From positions 128,001 to 192,000 of the forward strand of contig CM000208.1 in the NCBI GenBank assembly GCA_000002445.1: a DNA stretch of 64,000 nucleotides. The letters run 5' to 3'. The notes below the pieces were generated by a model, which saw nothing but the letters and a program-made list of their open reading frames with translations, did not search any database and was not told the origin of the DNA. This DNA comes from Trypanosoma brucei. Taxonomy: Eukaryota. The position numbers were made by a program, and so were the translations under genes. The number at the start of each line of letters is the position of its first letter. The stretch's first letter is position 1. Below are positions 22,301 to 32,506 of this stretch, piece after piece.

Positions 22301-24415
22301 GTCGTTGAGATGACAAATTTTTTCCAGGATTTTTTAGAACGAACGTATTCACCGTGCCTTCGTGCCTTTCACATGATGCAACTGGGGAAGTTCTTAGCAG
22401 AAATGCCAGAACCACAAGGCGTGCATGATGGAACAGAATCAATGGGAGGCCCAGGGGATGCAGGCGGAACTAGGGCGAATTCGTCTTTTGCAACGTCTAC
22501 AAGACAATATATGCACCACTTGAAGACTCAGCAAGAGTATATGAGGTGGCCAACAGTTACTCCCGGAGACAACGGTTGTAATGGTAATGCGATTCATCCC
22601 GTGCTGACGTGTGTGCACTATGTGGGTCAGGTGGTGCAGAAGTTGTCACGCATCTGCCGTGTACTACCCAGTGTATTAGTGGATAAGATACAGCAGTTTC
22701 TTGTACAACCTTTATTGATTGAACTCAATTCGTTTCTGAAAAGGAAAGTGCAACTCATTACGCGCGGTTCCTTATCTCACTGCCTGCTAAACTCTGATTT
22801 TGACGACGCTTTCCATGGCACCCACACAGCTCGTTGGGATGCGCTCTGTGATGAAACGAGGCGGGGGGATTCGTACGAAGCGATTGATATGGGTCTCTTC
22901 CGGTTCTATCGGTACATCAACGCGAGGCGCACACGTGCCGGTGCGGACGGTGACGTTGAAGTTGTTGTGCCAGAGGAAATGCAGGAACTTTTTAACCATG
23001 TGAGGGTCAAAAGGGAGAAACAACATGAGAGGAGTGAGAGGAGGAATGAGGTTTTTCGCAGTAACGGAAGTCTCGTCAGTCCGATTTCTCCTAGAGGAGC
23101 AGCAAATGGGATACAGTGCGAAGATGTGACCGCTGCAGATTTGGCGCTGCAGGGTGACGGCATTGTTGTGGCGCTTGCACTTTTTTGTCACTCCACAGAA
23201 TGGCTATGCGGGCTGCTACTTCGTGCTTTCGGGCCAGAGGGTTGGTGTCAGCACAGTGATGGAGATAAGTTAGTACCTGGTGCTGCGTTTCGGGAGCGCC
23301 GGCGACCACCACGCAAGGGTGTAACGCCAATGCAAGAGGGTACGGAAGGTTGGCAGCACCTCGGGAATTTTGTGGATCAGCTGTATACAATTTCGCAGGC
23401 GTGTTTGTTTCATTTGCTCGTGGAGGCCCGATTTACTGCCTTTCAGTTTATTCCACAGTTGAGTGAGCATTCGTACAACATCGTGGCTGGTGCAGGGACT
23501 CCCGATACCTTTGTTCAAGCATACAATAGGCGGATGACGAACTTTTTTGCTCTACTCAAACCCTATCTCCCTTCAAAGAGGGTGAAATTTGTGTGTCTAA
23601 CTGTGGCAAAGCCGCTGAGCGATCTCTTCATGTTGGAGATTAGTCAACTGAGAGACAAGGTTATCTCAACCACTGGCGTTTCCCGTCTGCAAGTGAACCT
23701 GCTCGCGATGGAGGCTGCCCTGCAGTTAGTACTTCCCACAGATGATGACGTTCGCGAATCCGTAAAGTTTCATTTTGCGCGGCCAGCCACATTTGTGCGT
23801 TACCTTTCAAATGGGGATGTGACGGATGACCTCATAGCCAGTGGCGATTACAAGATATTTGAGGTACGAGAGATGGAGGAGCTTGTGCGGCTTGTTTTGA
23901 AAGGTGATGCGACTGCTAGCAGCGTGGCTGAAAAGATAAAATTATTACATGCTGGACTGGAGCGGGAACAGTATGATATGATTTCACCACTCACGACTTC
24001 TCCCGCCATTACGCCGAATAGAAAGTTGCCCCCGGTCGCCAGGGGTTCATCAACAGGGTGTAAAGGTCACTTTCCCGTATCAGGCTCAGACGCTGCCGCG
24101 CATGAGGAACCGGGGGAGTTGGATAACGCAAAATCCCCGTCATCGCCACAACGAAGATCTGCTAACAATAAGGGCACGTTGAAGCATGTCGACCCCAACT
24201 CTGGTGGTATAATAGATCCCAGTTTAGTAAACTCTGATCTCAAGATGCCAAGCTCTCCAGGCGACGCAAGGGAAGTGACGGAATCGCACAGTAGCGGGTC
24301 GGAAGAGGGGGATGAAGAAGAGGAATATGAAGAGGAATACGAAGAATATGAAGAGAGCGATGAGTATGAAGAGTCGGATGATGCCGATAATGACGATGAT
24401 GATAGTAGTTTGTAA
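19358..24415 (+). CDS. Exocyst complex component Sec8-like, with a low-complexity N-terminal extension and an acidic C-terminal tail
   Basis: The track start 19340 is GTG; the first ATG is 19358. Residues about 300-400 (VFNKAIGRFSDIVLAVSDSNEVLGLLKQRLG...AEQLQVLRMRAAKALLMEESLKRMEAALASEREIKQLVASRHYLAAVRLL) match the Sec8 N-terminal exocyst domain pattern. The N-terminal 300 aa are S/N/R-rich. The C-terminus is an E/Y/D-rich tail. Confidence 0.55.
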   Translation: MAWRYNSNSPPRGNVSANASLVSLSSANNNNRNFTDSADDNADTSALGNNNTFRRDRSAMDGAGAFLRSNAKGKMWSRQEGRDETPDDDVSSRDGTSPCSISFARPKLAPTESTTRPHRSLIFSRNPNRGVSGAATRSGMGSMSRLSVDSALNTPHRVASTRCVEGRVTSSSIANWRLPRHSGSPPINTGECNGEMTIISESGDFDEDATGGDPLLGCADRNLHRATEALLAEADPDLRATDFTPTKHVLQIVVKEDGTECSGAQIDERIAPLCGLQNRLDDMLGLHIQSHKDVFNKAIGRFSDIVLAVSDSNEVLGLLKQRLGMATSSLENRAEQLQVLRMRAAKALLMEESLKRMEAALASEREIKQLVASRHYLAAVRLLRQQKARLESPDMVNIRATQSMRDFANHTLETLHKNVLDGLMGCVFDKDRFSEADKQLMGRMVADGALENVAGTLSFMGDTCGALSSQCFTGGGGKNGDSDFVSLDGIVDDPCDEGMVKNHLHFIPLCVKTLKELGKLDQCCEAFRSGATRSIEQCVANFLSLYDTWRRDAESSKCVGNNDDMGSTVRILELQGRDVASCTVSHDEAVALIQQRDLCPLLNALFTELERVVRNADYLVRVVLLAYFPFLTDVPPRSEVFDDNFSCHEWDVTQSPLRTKNELRDIVVRTLAEAISRHSEDSVSSETPESRRLAALKRLMAKFDVDKALKGSSSHDAPTSKKGSLRQGSVDDGSIRCESNNAVCLGDVLTSLNAAAFLAVEEFPDGSEEVPACCERLSKAISSAVQDSFRSYMREIYLDWDLCALSSQLSYTVELVFKLICSNDAATSSKSDATAVNLSKQNLKHRRTTSRSWWQIDSIGGSHTNETFTSLDKMLSSHGSSGLLSAIEQIGGVSFSIVSTVNASSVEQVRAKDKKHLHSGAGTRIISSFGEVQGAAAPLKSAARLRNWFMFTPMNILACYDCTGHFFKRWKSYKLYFATVPVVEMTNFFQDFLERTYSPCLRAFHMMQLGKFLAEMPEPQGVHDGTESMGGPGDAGGTRANSSFATSTRQYMHHLKTQQEYMRWPTVTPGDNGCNGNAIHPVLTCVHYVGQVVQKLSRICRVLPSVLVDKIQQFLVQPLLIELNSFLKRKVQLITRGSLSHCLLNSDFDDAFHGTHTARWDALCDETRRGDSYEAIDMGLFRFYRYINARRTRAGADGDVEVVVPEEMQELFNHVRVKREKQHERSERRNEVFRSNGSLVSPISPRGAANGIQCEDVTAADLALQGDGIVVALALFCHSTEWLCGLLLRAFGPEGWCQHSDGDKLVPGAAFRERRRPPRKGVTPMQEGTEGWQHLGNFVDQLYTISQACLFHLLVEARFTAFQFIPQLSEHSYNIVAGAGTPDTFVQAYNRRMTNFFALLKPYLPSKRVKFVCLTVAKPLSDLFMLEISQLRDKVISTTGVSRLQVNLLAMEAALQLVLPTDDDVRESVKFHFARPATFVRYLSNGDVTDDLIASGDYKIFEVREMEELVRLVLKGDATASSVAEKIKLLHAGLEREQYDMISPLTTSPAITPNRKLPPVARGSSTGCKGHFPVSGSDAAAHEEPGELDNAKSPSSPQRRSANNKGTLKHVDPNSGGIIDPSLVNSDLKMPSSPGDAREVTESHSSGSEEGDEEEEYEEEYEEYEESDEYEESDDADNDDDDSSL

Positions 24416-24752
24416 AGTTTCTTAGCGTAACAAAGAAAAAAAAATAAATCTTTTCCCACACGTATATTGCTTCTGTACAAATAAATGTGCGTTTTGTTTT
24501 GACTTGCTTCGCTTACCCCTTTCTCAATTGCAGGTTCATTTTCTTCGTTGCACCACCATTTAAACTTCTATTTGTATTTGCTCTTACTCGTGATCGTTCG
24601 TTTCAGGTAACCGTTGCAACATTCGTGACGCTGTTTTTATCGTGTATATCTTTTTTTTTTTTTAATCCTTCGATGCATTGATATATTTTCTTCGTTTCCT
24701 GCATTATAGCATTCGAAGGAGGCCACAGGAGGAAATTTACCACGAGCTTGTG

Positions 24753-25469
24753 ATGCTTCTACAGTGTGGTTCTTGTAGTCAACGAATCGCATGTTGTCCA
24801 GGGTGTGGTGGCAGGTGCTTCACCTTCACAGATGGGCGTGTCGCACCAATTACGGGAGTTGCACCCATCACTGCCACAAGTGTTTCCGTAGCGGTAACCG
24901 AATCGCCCACACCGACAACAGCTTTTGAACTTTTCTGTCAAGATACCGCAGTACAAGAAGAAGCATTAGCGGCTAATCGCATTGAGGGAGAAACTGACAT
25001 CACGTGGGCTGCAGGCGGAAGAAAGCGGGTCCTTGCTGAGATGTGGCTTTCAGCAGACACGCCGGTCCGCCGTCGATATGAAGAGGCCGCCAGGGAAGGT
25101 AGAAAAGGGGTTGACCTTCAGGCTGCTAGTGGTGGGGATTTGAGTATAGCTCGCCAAAAGCACGCTGGTAACCCTACGCAGGTGAACAACAGTAACCATT
25201 CATCTAGCAGTGGTTCTTCAAAAGGGAAAATTCAACCCCCCGGTGCCCCGGTGGGCGCAGTCCCTGACGGGAAAGCAAATAAAGCATCTAAAAAGTCCAA
25301 ACAACGCGCAAATACCCCAACTGCATATCAGCTATTTTGTAAGCGGAATAATGAACTACACAAAAGTAACAGAGCCGCCGTTTTTAATGCTTGGAAGGCA
25401 ATGGGCGCTGCGGAGAAGGAACCGTTCGACATTGAGGCGGCACAGCTTCGCGTGTCGCTGCAGAAATGA
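24753..25469 (+). CDS. Small basic protein with two HMG-box-like segments (possible mitochondrial or kinetoplast-associated)
   Basis: The track start 24678 is TTG; the first ATG is 24753 (MLLQCGSCSQRIACC..., presequence-like). Two segments resemble HMG boxes: TAFELFCQDTAVQEEALAANR...WLSADTPVRRRYEEAAREG and ANTPTAYQLFCKRNNELHKSNRAAVFNAWKAMGAAEKEPF. Confidence 0.45.
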   Translation: MLLQCGSCSQRIACCPGCGGRCFTFTDGRVAPITGVAPITATSVSVAVTESPTPTTAFELFCQDTAVQEEALAANRIEGETDITWAAGGRKRVLAEMWLSADTPVRRRYEEAAREGRKGVDLQAASGGDLSIARQKHAGNPTQVNNSNHSSSSGSSKGKIQPPGAPVGAVPDGKANKASKKSKQRANTPTAYQLFCKRNNELHKSNRAAVFNAWKAMGAAEKEPFDIEAAQLRVSLQK

Positions 25470-25990
25470 TTTTACCTTCACTTGCGTACGTTTGTTTGCT
25501 CATTAGTGCCAGAATTACAGAAACAGATGCAGAGCCCATATTGAAGTTGTGCAGATTTACTTGTTACTTTGTTTTAACATTTCTTTTCATTGTTTATTTT
25601 TGTCGCTTCCCCCCTCTATCAACTTATTCAAATTTGTCATATTCTACTTCAGACATTTAGCACCGCCGTTGACAGCGTATCGCCTTTATTTTCTTCTGTT
25701 GCTGCCGCGGTGCGGTGAATGGTATGAAACTTCTTATAATGTGTTGTCCACGTCCGAGTTTGTTTGCTTGGTTTCTACTTGTATTTATTATTATTATTAT
25801 TATTATTTTTGACTGTTACCGAGTTTCTCGGTTGACTGCGTGCAGATTGGGAATCACGACCCCAACTGCAACCGTATTGTCACTTAACTTTTCAATTATT
25901 ATAATTATTTTGCTCCCCCTGCTTGTGTAGCGTTCCATTCCAGTGTAGTTTACTATTGGATGAAGGGTGGCGTGCACCTGACGACTTTAG

Positions 25991-28132
25991 ATGTCCAGAA
26001 ACCCCCCTGATAGCGTCTGTGTGACACCCACGCGCCATATTGTCACGGATGCGCTAGCGGAATCTACCGTCACTATGTACTTTAGTGTGTTTCCATGCAA
26101 CTGCGAACCGATATTTTGCTCTAATCGCATACCGCTGCTTCGAGAAGCCCCACCGTACTGTGATGGTAATGTAGTTTATATTGGACCCGCAAGAGAAGTA
26201 GCGCAACAAAAGCTTCAACAACTTGCGTTTCCGCGTGGTTTCGGTTGTAAAAACATGGAGGTTCGAAGTGGGCCGTCATATAGCGCACGGTTCGAGCAGG
26301 TGCGTAAGCGCGGTGTGCTGCGGTACCACCGCATTAAAATCGCTTCCACCTTTGTCGCCCTCGTGGTTTCGGAAAATGGGGAACTACGAACAATTCAGGC
26401 GAAGCATACCGCTGTTGCGGTAGTAATCACTTGTCCACCCAACACACCTCATTATGATACGTTGCTACAAAACTTCGATAGCGTTCTGCGTTACGCCTTG
26501 CATGTCTCTCTTGATTTTGCCATGTGGGCCACACAAAGGTTTTTCTTAAAGTTGTCACGTACGGCAGCGTTTAAGGAACTGGTGGCTGAGCTTGAGCAGC
26601 ATGACAGGGCGCTGGAGACGTACAGCGTCGTTGGGGCTATTCTGGCCAACGCTTTAACGTACACTTCACCAATTCCGCGGCTCTACAGCGGTGCATCCGT
26701 GACGGTAGCTTCAAGCGCCTCCGAGCGTCTGCAATCTTCCTCTCATGATCCTGCGGTTTCTCCAGTGCGCAACTCGGGAGTTTTCTCAAGTAATCCAAAT
26801 GTGCTTGTGTACGAAGCTCTCCGCAAACTTCGTGGGATTAATGAACGGTTCACGAGCCGGGTCGTGGCAGGTTTTCTATCCGTGTCATGTTGGGAGGGTT
26901 ACGGTCTTTCTTATCGAAATGGTACCGGCATATGTGTTTGTAACGGTATCGCTGAGGCGCAACAACAGAAAGGGCAACAACTGAATCTTTCTGACGGAAG
27001 ATCTGTTGGGAAGGCAGCGGGTTTCAAATGTGACGCCGACGACATTTACGCTGACTACTGGCGGTTTATGGAGGAGGAAGAACGGCAACGGGAAAAGGAA
27101 GCGCACGAGAGTTTGCGTAACGTTAGTGGGGGGACCAATTCGGATGAACATGAGCCAGGTGGAGGTGAATCAGATGTCTGGAAGTCCGAGCCGAACGCTG
27201 ATATTCCCGAATCGCAAGCGGCTGTTACGGAAGAGCGGAATTCATCTCCCCATGCCACGGAGTCTGCTACGAGCGGTACATCAGCGCTGTCGTGCCCTCT
27301 TTCGCTATCTCGCGTGGGTCGTGTTGTAATTTTCTGCACAGACCCTGAAATAGCAAAATGCCTTATGATATTGGCCGCTTTTTTCATGCGTGATCGCCGC
27401 GTCATCGCATCAACTACGACACCTGACATGACACCATTTGCGGGTCGTGTAGAGTCATGTGCTCACTCTTCGTTACCTGTGCAGTGGCTGATGGAAGATT
27501 ACAACCCGCGGCGGTTCGAACGGCTTCTTTGTTCACCTTTTACTGTTGAAAACATCGTTTTGGTCATTGATCCCCGCTCTCTGGTTTGCCAACGTCTAAG
27601 AGTTCACAAGACATTCAGTGTTAGCCCTATTCTTGTGGAACGTTTCGGTGAGAGGCATCCGGTTGTTCGGCCCTTCCAGAAGTTGCTACTCGGCAATGTG
27701 AGGGTGGCTTCAGATGCTGTAATTACCTCTGCGTTGCGTTTGGCGTGCAAGCTACACAAATTAGGTGACCCTTCGTCCAGCTGCACAAAGTTCCTCGAGT
27801 GGTTCGTAGTGTGCTTGGTAGGGCGTTGCCATGCCATACGCTTTGAAAAGGGGCTGAACAGTCAACTCATTAAAGAGGTATCACCGTCTCCATCACAGTT
27901 CCCTCATTCTGTTGATGAACGAAGTCGTATAGGGAAGGTTGAGTCGCCTTCACGAATAAATGACGGGGATGTCAGTTTCCTGGACCTAATAAGTAATGTT
28001 TTCGGTAATGACGGGGCCACGAGTGCTGGGGGACCTCTGCCACACCGCTCGACTCATGAAATGATCGAATCCATTTTTAGTGGACCTAAAGAAGGGTCAC
28101 AGTTACTGCAGTATTTACCTTATGATGAGTAA
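25991..28132 (+). CDS. Conserved hypothetical protein
   Basis: 713-aa ORF with ATG start in the + polycistron. No family recognised. Confidence 0.6.
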   Translation: MSRNPPDSVCVTPTRHIVTDALAESTVTMYFSVFPCNCEPIFCSNRIPLLREAPPYCDGNVVYIGPAREVAQQKLQQLAFPRGFGCKNMEVRSGPSYSARFEQVRKRGVLRYHRIKIASTFVALVVSENGELRTIQAKHTAVAVVITCPPNTPHYDTLLQNFDSVLRYALHVSLDFAMWATQRFFLKLSRTAAFKELVAELEQHDRALETYSVVGAILANALTYTSPIPRLYSGASVTVASSASERLQSSSHDPAVSPVRNSGVFSSNPNVLVYEALRKLRGINERFTSRVVAGFLSVSCWEGYGLSYRNGTGICVCNGIAEAQQQKGQQLNLSDGRSVGKAAGFKCDADDIYADYWRFMEEEERQREKEAHESLRNVSGGTNSDEHEPGGGESDVWKSEPNADIPESQAAVTEERNSSPHATESATSGTSALSCPLSLSRVGRVVIFCTDPEIAKCLMILAAFFMRDRRVIASTTTPDMTPFAGRVESCAHSSLPVQWLMEDYNPRRFERLLCSPFTVENIVLVIDPRSLVCQRLRVHKTFSVSPILVERFGERHPVVRPFQKLLLGNVRVASDAVITSALRLACKLHKLGDPSSSCTKFLEWFVVCLVGRCHAIRFEKGLNSQLIKEVSPSPSQFPHSVDERSRIGKVESPSRINDGDVSFLDLISNVFGNDGATSAGGPLPHRSTHEMIESIFSGPKEGSQLLQYLPYDE

Positions 28133-28996
28133 GGATCCTTGTGTCGGTTGTTAGCAAGAGCTGGTAATTTGAGGGTGAGCTGTGGGTCACTTAAGCGATA
28201 ATATGAACAAGTAGGCGGCGCTGTGCGTAAGAAGGGATAAAACATTGGGCACTTAGAGGGTATGCATTACGTTGAGTCGAACTGCCAAAACCAGTGTGGG
28301 TTAATACAATAGGAGGTAGCATACGTGTTCGAATATTGTCCGCTTCATTACCCCGCGGTGGTGGTGACCGGGAAGCGCTTCCTGCCACATTTAAATAGAA
28401 TATTTTACTCTCGCCGTTTCCGTTTCGTCGAAGGTGCGAAAACAATGTGGTATTATGATGCGTCACCTTTCACCAAGATGTAGGCGTGGATTGCACGAAT
28501 GTGTATCGTATGCATATAGACGATCGTGTTATCTCGTTGGTCCTTAGGGGCTGTGCGTTAACCTTCCTTATGTGGTGACTGGCAGGCCGGTGCCCGGTTT
28601 GTAGTGTCCATTTGTTATTTGTTGCGCATGCGCAGACCGGTCGTCATGCTATTTTTGTCTCTGTGTGAATTCCAAATCTATGAAACTATGTGATCTCGGC
28701 TACAGTTCAGTTATTGTAGTATGACTGCCGCTGTTGCCGCTCATTACAACGGTGAACAAAGGGAGTGGCATAATGTTTTGTACACGCTCGTGTGTTGGTT
28801 TGCATCTGGGACTTCATACATGTGGTAATAACAGCGTAAGTGTCAAAACCATGTTTTTACTAATAAACTATTATTATCGCCACGATTTGGTATCGTTATT
28901 GTTATCTTCACCTTTCCCCTTGTCGTATTTACTCCTCATCAATCTCCATTGCAGTCACCCCAAAAACAATAATCCCCCCCTGAGCACAGGGTTTCC

Positions 28997-30622
28997 ATGT
29001 TGTACACTAGGCGGTTGATGACGACTGGCGGCTCAGCGACTGCCGACGGTGCTGTGTCTTACAGCAAAGGAAGTTATCACATCGTGCCAAAGAAGTACAC
29101 CGTGGGAAAACGAATTGCGGTTCGCTCATATCTTGACCGAAATCGAACAGAGCTGTCAGATCGCACATACATGCCCCAGAAAGCGTGGTTCGAACCTTAT
29201 ACACCGAAGAAGTTTGATATGGAGCACCAAAGGATTAGTCACAACTTCTACAACCTCGAAACGAAACTTATATGGACTGCATTCGATACGCCTGAACTCA
29301 TAGGTATTCTTCTGCATGATGAAACAATCAAAGGAGCTCCGCACCTGTATGATGCGGAATTTTTGGAGTCTGCCGTTCACTGGACTAGGGAGAGCCGGTA
29401 CTGGCGGTGCATTGGGATTACAAAACCTTTTTACAACAAAACAACGCTTCGCGCGCAGTGCTGGCATGACCGCGGCCTTCAGGTAGGGACACTTGTATTT
29501 TCTCAGGCTATGCGTGATGCGCTTATGGACCTGGAACGGGCGGTACGCCGTAAGGAACTTGGCCTTGAACCCAATTATGTGTGGGACCGTTGGGGTCCTG
29601 TTGGGTTTATTGACGGCGCCAGAACCGACCACTTACCTCGATTCGCTCATAACCCCTACGTGGACCCGGACGGCGTGGAGGTGACGGAAGTTGATATAGC
29701 GCCCTTCAACACACACGAGCAAATAAAGGAGCGGTACGGTGCTTTTATCGACCCCGACCTGAGACCCTTCGAGGGCGTCTTCCGAGCCCCATCCCATGGT
29801 GCCTTGACACTTGATGATGTTCCACACCAGGAGGCGGTGCGGTTATATCGCGATTTAATGGAAAAGGCTGATATGCCTGTTATGTTGGGCAACGGAGCCG
29901 AGATCCCACCTATGGATCTGAGGGCCCTGTTTCATCTGAGCGCTAACCCCGAACGAATGAAGGCGGCATCGGAGTTGAGTTCATGGCGAGAAGTGCGAGG
30001 GATGCTAGCGCCCGTGCAGGAGGTTTGCGATGAGAAAGTGGAGGCCTTGCGGTTGATGGAAAACACACGCCATGACGTCGCCCGTGTGCGGACCTTTTAC
30101 GAGGAAAAGTGTGGCTTTTCAGATTTTATGCGTACCCCAGACAAGGTAATTACGGCGGCGGTGTTGTGTTACCTTCAAGAACTGCAGCGAATTTGCACAG
30201 AAAGAGATTGGGGTAAGCCTCTCGCACGATGCTTGACGGACTTGGAGCGAGTAAATGTTATGGGTAAGGATGCCTTTCTTGTGTATCGTCACATAGAAGA
30301 TGCTATACTGGATAAGAAGCGCCGCGTGTGGGCCACACGCTTCGCCGGAGAGGCCAACGAGGAAAGCACGCTGGATTACCTTCTGGAGAACTTCGGCCGT
30401 CGCACAGAGCAAACGCGTAATGTCGGTACCACTGGCACGGAGTTTGATCGTGAGCAGGAGCCTATTGGTCGGCAGGTACAACGCCGCGTTCTCGACTCCG
30501 ACAAGGCCAGTAAACTGGCGGAAGTGCGGCAGAAGAGAGGGAAAATGTGGTCTAACAAGAAAAGCGTCTTTGATTCACTCCACCAAAAGCAGCTGCAGAA
30601 CGTGACGTATGGTGTTCATTAG
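28997..30622 (+). CDS. Conserved hypothetical protein (N-terminus looks like a mitochondrial presequence)
   Basis: 541 aa with ATG start. MLYTRRLMTTGGSATADG looks like a mitochondrial targeting sequence. No family recognised; possibly a kinetoplastid mitoribosomal or mitochondrial protein. Confidence 0.6.
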   Translation: MLYTRRLMTTGGSATADGAVSYSKGSYHIVPKKYTVGKRIAVRSYLDRNRTELSDRTYMPQKAWFEPYTPKKFDMEHQRISHNFYNLETKLIWTAFDTPELIGILLHDETIKGAPHLYDAEFLESAVHWTRESRYWRCIGITKPFYNKTTLRAQCWHDRGLQVGTLVFSQAMRDALMDLERAVRRKELGLEPNYVWDRWGPVGFIDGARTDHLPRFAHNPYVDPDGVEVTEVDIAPFNTHEQIKERYGAFIDPDLRPFEGVFRAPSHGALTLDDVPHQEAVRLYRDLMEKADMPVMLGNGAEIPPMDLRALFHLSANPERMKAASELSSWREVRGMLAPVQEVCDEKVEALRLMENTRHDVARVRTFYEEKCGFSDFMRTPDKVITAAVLCYLQELQRICTERDWGKPLARCLTDLERVNVMGKDAFLVYRHIEDAILDKKRRVWATRFAGEANEESTLDYLLENFGRRTEQTRNVGTTGTEFDREQEPIGRQVQRRVLDSDKASKLAEVRQKRGKMWSNKKSVFDSLHQKQLQNVTYGVH

Positions 30623-31531
30623 CGAATATGTCCACCATGTTTTGGACGGTTTCATTCATTTTGATTTCATCGCTGCTATGTGGATAAGCAGCCTTTCCGC
30701 TAGGGTTCACTGGATTTTTTTTGAAGGTGGTTTCTTCCTGTTTTCGTTGGGGCGTTTGTGCCTATGAGGGCGGGGTGTTACCCGGAAGTTTATGACCACT
30801 CGACCGCAAGTTCTGTCCACGCACCGTTACGAAGGTTTGTCACATCGCAGACACACGTACATATATATATATATATGTTATTTATCGTCTGTGAGAAAGT
30901 TTGGAGGAAGTAACCCTCAATCTCCTCCGTTATTTATATCCAACCCGTGAGGGTGCGCCTGAGCATATATATATATATATATATGTCCCTTCCACTATTT
31001 TTTTTTTTAAAGGGGTCAAATCTTCACTTCTCTTAACATATTGTCTGAACAGAATCCTATAGAAGGGTGCTTGGGCACCTCAAGGTAGTTTTTGTTGAGA
31101 AAAGAAAAAAGTAGTAGAGGATTTTTGGCTCGCCGAACCTGTGTGCAAGTTGTCGTTTGACTTGAGTGATACTTAGTTGGTGAGGTTGCTTGTCTTCTGT
31201 TGAGGAAACCCGGTCCGACTTGGTTTCAGCTAGTTAAGGGTGGAGGGGAGTAAAGCAACAACAACGGGAGGAGCAAAAGGTGAAGGCACAAGAAGAGCAT
31301 CCACCGAGGTAAGTTGACACTGTCTACACAATTACATATAACTTTATTTGTGTGTCAGCGAGCGAAAGTTGACGTATTTGAGGTGAACTGCTCAGCAAGC
31401 AAGGAGGTGGGTTTCCAGAAAACTTATTCAGTGTGGCTGGTAACTTTGACAAATATAAAGGGACGCCATATCTCCACATAGCGGAGAGGAAGGACGGTTA
31501 TCCGCTGAAGTTCAGGTTAAAAAGGTAGAGA

Positions 31532-32506
31532 ATGGTAGTGAATACACGCGTGTCTCCAAATGCGCGCGCGCGTCCGCCCCCACGTCGCCCGGTTAACCAA
31601 CATCACTTGCCGCCACTACAACCCACCACTTCCCTCCAGCCGCTGCATTCTCCACACGTTAGAAAAACGTCGGAGCCGGCGTATCGCCGCGGTTCTACGC
31701 GTAATTGCTGTAGTGTAAGCGCCACGCCGGTAGGTGCTGACGTAGTTCATTACCGCGCAGGTAATGTTGAGAAGGATGACCCAGTCTCTTATGCTGCAAA
31801 ACACCAGCTTCCGCTGTTGCTGAACAGCATGATAAGAGATTTACTGCGGGAGCGGCCTGAGGTTGATGTAGATGGCTGGATTATGCGTTGGTTTGAACGT
31901 GAGTATGAAGAGCAGAAGCGGGTAAATAAGCAGCGTTTGGAAGCGTCCACAGTAGTAAATACAGCAGAGCCGACAAAACCGGAACCGCAGCAGGGACATC
32001 GGCAGCCGTCGCTTCCACTAAATGAAAAATGGATATCCCAACCATTTGTCACAACCGTGCAAAAAGATGTACAACCGACGACAATAATATCCACGACACC
32101 ATCAAACATGTCATCCCCCACAGTAGTTATCTCACTGCCACAGCGCAGGTTGAGCACAGAGGTGATGCGGACATCAACGCCCAGTTCACTTGACTCACGC
32201 TCATGTACCATTGTAATGCATCCTCCAGAAGACCGAAAGGCAAATTTGCTTCAGCTGGAGACATCACACCCCACATTTACCAAATTCCCCTCCATCAGCA
32301 GCGTATCGGTAGCCCCAACTATAATAGTACCGCGCTCACTCCCTCAACAGCAAGAAAGACGGCCGCAGAGAATAGGAGAGGAAAAGGAACAACAACAAAT
32401 GATTGTGATACGGATGCCGCGACCTGTGGACTGCAGAACAAAAATGAGGACGACACAATACTTAGATATTAATGGAAACGATGGTGCTGCACCAAAGGCC
32501 ACGTAG
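31532..32506 (+). CDS. RIIa (PKA regulatory-subunit dimerisation/docking)-domain protein
   Basis: 324 aa with ATG start. The segment AKHQLPLLLNSMIRDLLRERPEVDVDGWIMRWFEREYEE fits the RIIa helix-turn-helix consensus (hydrophobic LL...L..P.D...F). The N-terminus is Pro/Arg-rich and the C-terminus is T/S/P-rich and disordered. Confidence 0.55.
   Translation: MVVNTRVSPNARARPPPRRPVNQHHLPPLQPTTSLQPLHSPHVRKTSEPAYRRGSTRNCCSVSATPVGADVVHYRAGNVEKDDPVSYAAKHQLPLLLNSMIRDLLRERPEVDVDGWIMRWFEREYEEQKRVNKQRLEASTVVNTAEPTKPEPQQGHRQPSLPLNEKWISQPFVTTVQKDVQPTTIISTTPSNMSSPTVVISLPQRRLSTEVMRTSTPSSLDSRSCTIVMHPPEDRKANLLQLETSHPTFTKFPSISSVSVAPTIIVPRSLPQQQERRPQRIGEEKEQQQMIVIRMPRPVDCRTKMRTTQYLDINGNDGAAPKAT

Noticed and set aside
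29178-29200. GGTTCGAACC T-loop-like motif (and a similar one near 27511) that could hint at a tRNA
   Set aside because: Both lie inside well-supported protein-coding ORFs with no flanking acceptor-stem or anticodon-arm complementarity. I did not find a convincing cloverleaf anywhere in the window.
30850-30990. Two (TA)n tracts about 100 bp apart, considered as a possible terminal-inverted-repeat mobile element
   Set aside because: The tracts are trivially self-complementary dinucleotide repeats. There are no unique inverted termini and no target-site duplication.
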